A stretch of DNA of 64,000 nucleotides, taken from Phallusia mammillata. Lineage: Eukaryota. Under the pieces are notes generated by a model that had not been told where the DNA came from, did not search any database, and saw nothing but the letters and a program-made list of their open reading frames with translations. Positions 58,601 to 64,000 of the stretch are shown one piece after another. Made by a program: the position numbers and the translations under genes. Location of the stretch: the NCBI GenBank assembly GCA_965637545.1, contig OZ281497.1, positions 6,572,001 to 6,636,000 of the forward strand. The letters are read 5' to 3'. The number at the start of each line of letters is the position of its first letter. Position 1 is the first letter of the stretch.

Positions 58601-61600
58601 ATTCATTAGAACAAGCAAATTCATCAATATGGCGATTTTCTGCAAAACAGCTTAGAAGCTTTGGTTTATCCATGCGTGGGCAGTCAATCGAAACAGCCCT
58701 TCGTAAACAAATTTAATGCCTCACTGCTCCCAAGGAATTGATTCTGCGGGCAATAACATCTTCTGCTAAAGGTCAAAGTTTCAGTGGAAAGTAAACAAGT
58801 TCAAGTCGATAAAGCAGACATAGACAGCGTTATAAACGAGATAGACACTGAGTTTCGGGATGGATATCATTTGAAATTTGACATACGCGACGACTGATCT
58901 TAGTTTATCATCTGTATGCTGTCATGTGTCATCAAATGTTATTTTCTCGTTATCAGCAAAACAACATGTCTAAAACTTGACTTTAAAACAAAAATCAAAT
59001 GTTCCCAGCCAAACCTTACTTTTCAAGACGCCAAAACGACATTATTGCTTCCAGCGAAAGTTCGTCAACAAAAAACGAGCGATTTGTACAGTTATTTCAA
59101 TATGTCATAATCTTAGGATCGAATGTAGTTTTATTGACATCATATAGAGAGGTTTTCTCAATTTGGCCCCCTAATTCCGAAATGCATTAACAAAAGTTTG
59201 TTGATCCAAAGTAGTTTGGTTTCAAACCGTGTCAGTTTCATATCCGAGAACTTACCCGAGAAAAAACGCAATATGATCCCATACGGACAAACAAGTACAC
59301 GACCGAGCTCATGGCGCCTCACAATAACATGTCAATCAAATCTATTCTAAAATCTTAATTCAATCTCTTGTGTCTCTACCTCGAAGCGTGGCACGCATCC
59401 CACAAAAACGAGATAACCTGTTGGCATGAAGAGCAAACAAAACTACAAAACCTCTCCACGCTTTGTCAATGTTGGTATAGCGGGTACGACATTAGCTTTG
59501 TGTTTGGTTACCAACGCGGTTCGCTGCGTTAAGGGCTTTTCAATGCAAGAACGACAAGGCATGTTTAGTTAGGACGCAACCCAAACCAAGTACATAAGGT
59601 GCTGCACCAAAAGGGTTGTTTCTGCTGAGTTGTACGATTTGTGAAACCAAAAACAAAGTGACTCCGGTTTATCAAACAACTTTGGGGAGAGCAATATATA
59701 ACCACACAGACAAACTGCATAAAGTGCCACGCTTAATCAGAAGATCTCAGTTGATCACTTAGGTCATTGCAAAAATAGAATAAGACCATATACGAGCCCC
59801 AAATGCGTGCAATATTGCAGTGTACCCAATATTTGCATAAATTCGTACTGTGCTATTGCAAATTGGTTTGGCTGTAAAAATCTGCACTTCCATTTCAGTA
59901 ATACTTTATTGAAAAAAAATATATACTACTTCCACCGAAACTGGTAATTCAGTTCGGAATTCGCGCTTTCCAGTTGGCACTTTAGTGTGTCAAGTAACAA
60001 CTTAGCACTAAGGAACAAACAAACTCTACGGTTCCAACGAGACCAACAGGTATAACCTTAATACTTGTTACATCCAACGAAGTCTACACATTATCAAAAA
60101 AGTGAAACAAATACCCATGTAGGTTTTCAGAACCCCTGTCTGCTCCATTGCCTACAGTGCAATGGCAGCCATTACTGATCAACATAGCTTCACAAACTGA
60201 CCTAAAATTACGCCTGCCGCAAAGGAATGCGCGTCTCAATTTAATTCAACCCCTTTTTTGCAGGCGCAGAAAATTTCGTCAGACCGGTAAAATGCATTGC
60301 GTGGCTGCACAACAATAGCAATGACGCAGCGCCCAGGGCAGTGCGTGTTAAGTAGCATATTAGCTTCTGAAGACACGCACTCCACAACGTTTAAAACTGC
60401 AACGCGGGCTTAGAGAAAACACCCAATGGCGCTCATTGTCCGAAATGAGCGCGATTTTATGCCAGAACGGCGTTGAATAGATCGTATAGTTCACATGGAA
60501 ATTGAAAACCGCCTTTTTTCCCCTGATAAGAAACTGAGGGCCCTTTATCGGCAACTAAATAGGTCCAACAGAACCCCTGTTTAAGCCAAATCGCATACTT
60601 TCGCTCTTAAGTGCTGGAGTAGAGATTAATAAAGTTCACTAAGGTGAGAGTTATAACGGTTATCAGTCACTGGAATCCCAATTCCATACACAGGTTATCA
60701 AAGAGTGCATTGTGTAAAACTTAATTAAAATTGGAACTTATTTTTTGCATGAATCATTTGAAGGTCTGAAACACATTACAAAATTGACGGTTGACAAATT
60801 AGATACAAACATTTGATGAGTTACAGTCTGATATTAAAATCAATTTTAACTGGTATTGATAAAACAATGCAAGAAAGTATGTAACATACAAATACTTATT
60901 AGTCTTTCAAAAACATTCCTGCTTAATTTCAGATTTGGTTACATTGTATGTATATCTCGTTTAAGAATTACATATTGGACAGTTTTATTAACCTTTTAAT
61001 TTTAGCCGATGGTATTATGAAGTAATTTAATCAGCAAAACGAATAGAATCTGGTGACTTCAGTTATATACATCTAATTGTTATTATTAATTATGCTTAAA
61101 ATCCATTAATTTTTGATCCATTATCGCCTTGCAGTCAGAAATGTCTAGTTCCCAACTCAAGTCACTGGCAAATCATGCAAGAACCAAAACTAAACCTAAA
61201 CAGTATTTTTGTTATTATTCTTTAATAAAGTAGGCTAAATGAAACCACGATCCTAATGTAGATGAACCTATTTGCTTTGACTACTTGTTACCATTACTTA
61301 ATAGAAAAAATATCAAACCTGGCATAAAAATCACTGACAAACAAAAGCATTAATTAAAACAAATCATAACTAAAAAGCACATCTTTTTTTAATGCATGGA
61401 AGTAGACTACAGTAGCTGGTTTTCTTTTACTTGGAATCTTGTTTTGTCTGCTGAGTACAATTAACTGTATGCTTTCATACCTTGGGGAAACATATTGACA
61501 TTAATTATCTCATTCACAACCATATATTGCTTTGTAGTTCACATTTTAGATTCATTACTTGGAAGGCTTATTTAAAATTTAAAACACAAACTATCTTCTA

Positions 61601-61881
61601 CAAAAAGTACAAACCCAAGATTCAAAATTGTGTACATGCTACATAAAGAACTAAATAAACATCTTCAAGAACTACAACGCAGAAGCATTTTTTTGTCAAA
61701 ACCAACTACTAGTTGCAGACCTAGTTGATAGAAATTCAAAAACTTCCTCAACCAGGTAGTAAAGTCATAACCAACAAATGACAAAACTTACAAAACTGAA
61801 CTGTAAAGTTTAGTGTTACAATCCAAATCAGGGTTGAACATAACATCACATTTACCATGTTAAAGCTTTCGTATATATTCT

Positions 61882-62175
61882 TTACATATAATTTGGGGTT
61901 TGTTTCAAAGTAACTGATTTTTCATACCTTTTAGGTTTCGCAACGCCGAGATATTTAGGTGTGTAGGTTTTTCTTTGTAGTGATGGTGATTTATCCCTTT
62001 GTTGGCCGATCTTTATTTGCACGCACCTACGCCAAGCATGCCTGAACTTTCTGCGTTGAACTAAAGCGGCACTGGAGCAAAACAAACAAACCGCCAAATA
62101 TAATGCGACGTCATGTGGGACATCCCCGAAATAGAAATCGTACAAAACTTTGCTAAACATAATAATTTGTTTCAT
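61882..62175 (-). CDS. Candidate 97-aa single-pass membrane microprotein
   Basis: ATG at 62175, a few nt after the acceptor-like CATTTTCAG. Hydrophobic VALYLAVCLFCSSAALV is followed by the basic QRRKFRHAWRR. Appears GC-richer than its flanks. No family recognised. Confidence 0.5.
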   Translation of the reverse strand: MKQIIMFSKVLYDFYFGDVPHDVALYLAVCLFCSSAALVQRRKFRHAWRRCVQIKIGQQRDKSPSLQRKTYTPKYLGVAKPKRYEKSVTLKQTPNYM

Positions 62176-62729
62176 ATAAATTGTCTGAAAATGGTGGTCA
62201 TGTGTAACAGGATATCTTTCGGACATGTTTTCATTTGCTGTAAAGCACTTCCTTCTTATAACTATCCACAGTTTTTATCAAGATTGCTACATTTTTAGCC
62301 TCGGCTACAAACTATGGTTTCTGGCTTAAACTGCTATACTTGCTACCGAAACAAGATTGCACAAAAAAATTAACTGAAATATTTGTTGAACATACACTAT
62401 TCAATAATTAAAACGAAAAACATTTGTGCAAATATGATAACCAATTCAACAACAAAAAGGCACTTTTTATTTTAACAAACGTTGTAATTATCTTCAGGAA
62501 ACGCGGCAAAACTTGCTTACAAAACAAAATTACTGTTAAAAAGTAACAGTCTTCGTTTCAAATACGAGGCGAGCTTAATAACATTAATCATTCCATAGAA
62601 AAAAGATTCAAATTTGTCAAAACGTCTTCAAATGCTGGTATTAAACTCTTTGAACTTTGTCTATAATACTCTTGTGTAAGCGTAAAAGGCACTTAAAAAA
62701 AACTAATTTGTTACATCATAATGTTAGAG

Positions 62730-63976
62730 TTATTTTCCTTTCCGAAAATACATCTCTATCTCTTCCAATGTCTTTCCTTTGGTCTCAGGCATAAGGAAAA
62801 TTGTGAAGAGGACTGACAATGCACAGTTTCCCGCAAATATCCAAAAGGTCCCTTGAGGTGTAAAAGCAACCTAAACAAAAATTATTGGGTATACATACAT
62901 ATATATATCCAATACAGGTTATATAAGCACACACACATGCTTAAAGCACAGAAATAAGCTATTTTGCAGTAGAAATGTAAACTATATGACGATTTGAGCT
63001 TTGCGCCTGAGATGCAATGAACCAGTTGTGTTATGAGCCAAAAGACGTGTATACCATTCCTTGCTAAGCTTAAGACTTATTTTTAATATTTTTTTGCCTA
63101 GTTAATTAGCACAAAAATTGGGTAGGCTGAATTGTCTAAAAAAATCGCACAACATAGCATTGGCGACTATTTTAATTTCTAGAAAACACTTTCTTACCAG
63201 CATATTGCTGAATTCTAAGGTAAGAATGAATACAAGGAAATAGTTGAATCCAGTGGAAAGACCAGCAGCTCTCTCTTTGGCTCGGGCTGGGATGATTTCA
63301 CCAACAAGTAACCAAGCAATTGGTCCGATCCCAATGGAATATGCAGCAATGAAAACCACCATGCTTACAAGGGCCATCCAAGAAAGACTGGGATCTTTAA
63401 GATGAAATATTTTATTTACACGTGAAAGAGAAGATGACAATCATAGAAATCAGACATTTAAACTTACTTCCACTTGAGGCAGCATGTACCGCGGTCATGT
63501 TACTGTGGGTCACGTGAGCTGCCATGGATTGTTTCAGTTGGAAGTAGATGCCGAAAGTTGTAAGACTGAGTGTCATGATTACAGCTCCCGTTATGAGAAG
63601 AACTTTTCTTCCTGTACAAGCGATTCAGATCAAGGTTAGGACAGCATAAGAGACTACATGTAACTAATTTAAAGATATTTCAGTAATCAAACGGAACGAA
63701 AGGGGACTGATTTTTCTGCTTATCGCAGAAGTATCCACAACAAACCACAAATTGGCAACATGGAATATTTTTCTTTCTGCAACTTTGATACAACTCACGC
63801 GTGTAGTTTTTGAATGTTTTCGAAATAGTTTGTATTTTTTAAAAGTTGACTTAAAAACAGTTTATCTTACCAGTTTTGTCTATGATCAGGCAGGCGACGA
63901 TAGTAAAGAAAACTTGAGCCGAAGCGATTGCCAGCAAAGCGATGGTGATCTGGGTGTGATTGGTAAATCCAGCGCT
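62730..63976 (-). CDS. Facilitated sugar transporter, class III GLUT (SLC2A6/SLC2A8) or Tret1-like, 3' part; exons 63976-63871, 63611-63468, 63394-63198, 62870-62730
   Basis: The in-phase spliced product has sugar-porter motifs [29 protein letters not shown] and [12 protein letters not shown]. The long extracellular loop between TM9 and TM10 is typical of class III GLUTs. The 5' end is outside the window. Confidence 0.92.
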
Positions 63977-64000
63977 CTATAAGTATAAAAAACATATTAA

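Noticed and set aside
59256-59312. ATG-initiated minus-strand segment ending in a GTAAGT donor as another KANK first exon
   Set aside because: It ends in phase 0, incompatible with the phase-1 KN exon. No linking exon was found.

Overview
AT-rich, intron-containing animal genomic DNA; compact introns, compact gene spacing and many MITEs suggest an invertebrate chordate such as an ascidian (inference, not provable here). I reconstructed gene models by hand from splice sites, reading-frame continuity and recalled homology. In order: PRMT9 (minus, 651 codons with no intron, runs off the window start, absent from the ORF track); RBBP4/RbAp48 (minus, one CDS intron); PBDC1 (plus, 5 exons, head-to-head with RBBP4, one GC-AG intron); an unrecognised 3-exon gene for a ~170-aa basic disordered protein (plus); tankyrase (plus, 21 exons, 1204 aa, intact H-Y-E triad, one GC-AG intron); KANK (minus, at least 17 exons including a KN-motif exon at 47.1-47.3 kb, with candidate alternative first exons up to 52.6 kb and a candidate basic C-terminal tail); a candidate single-pass membrane microprotein (minus); and the 3' end of an SLC2A6/8-type sugar porter (minus, runs off the window end). 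Introns and intergenic DNA carry about ten hAT and Tc1/pogo-type MITEs, several with perfect 8-bp target-site duplications, two tRNA-derived SINE-like elements, local duplications and one near-perfect hairpin. There are no CRISPR arrays, rRNAs or intact tRNAs. I found no clear new multi-gene system. The best leads for something undescribed are the orphan gene, the microprotein, the KANK alternative N-termini and multivalent TQT-like array, and the intronic hairpin.
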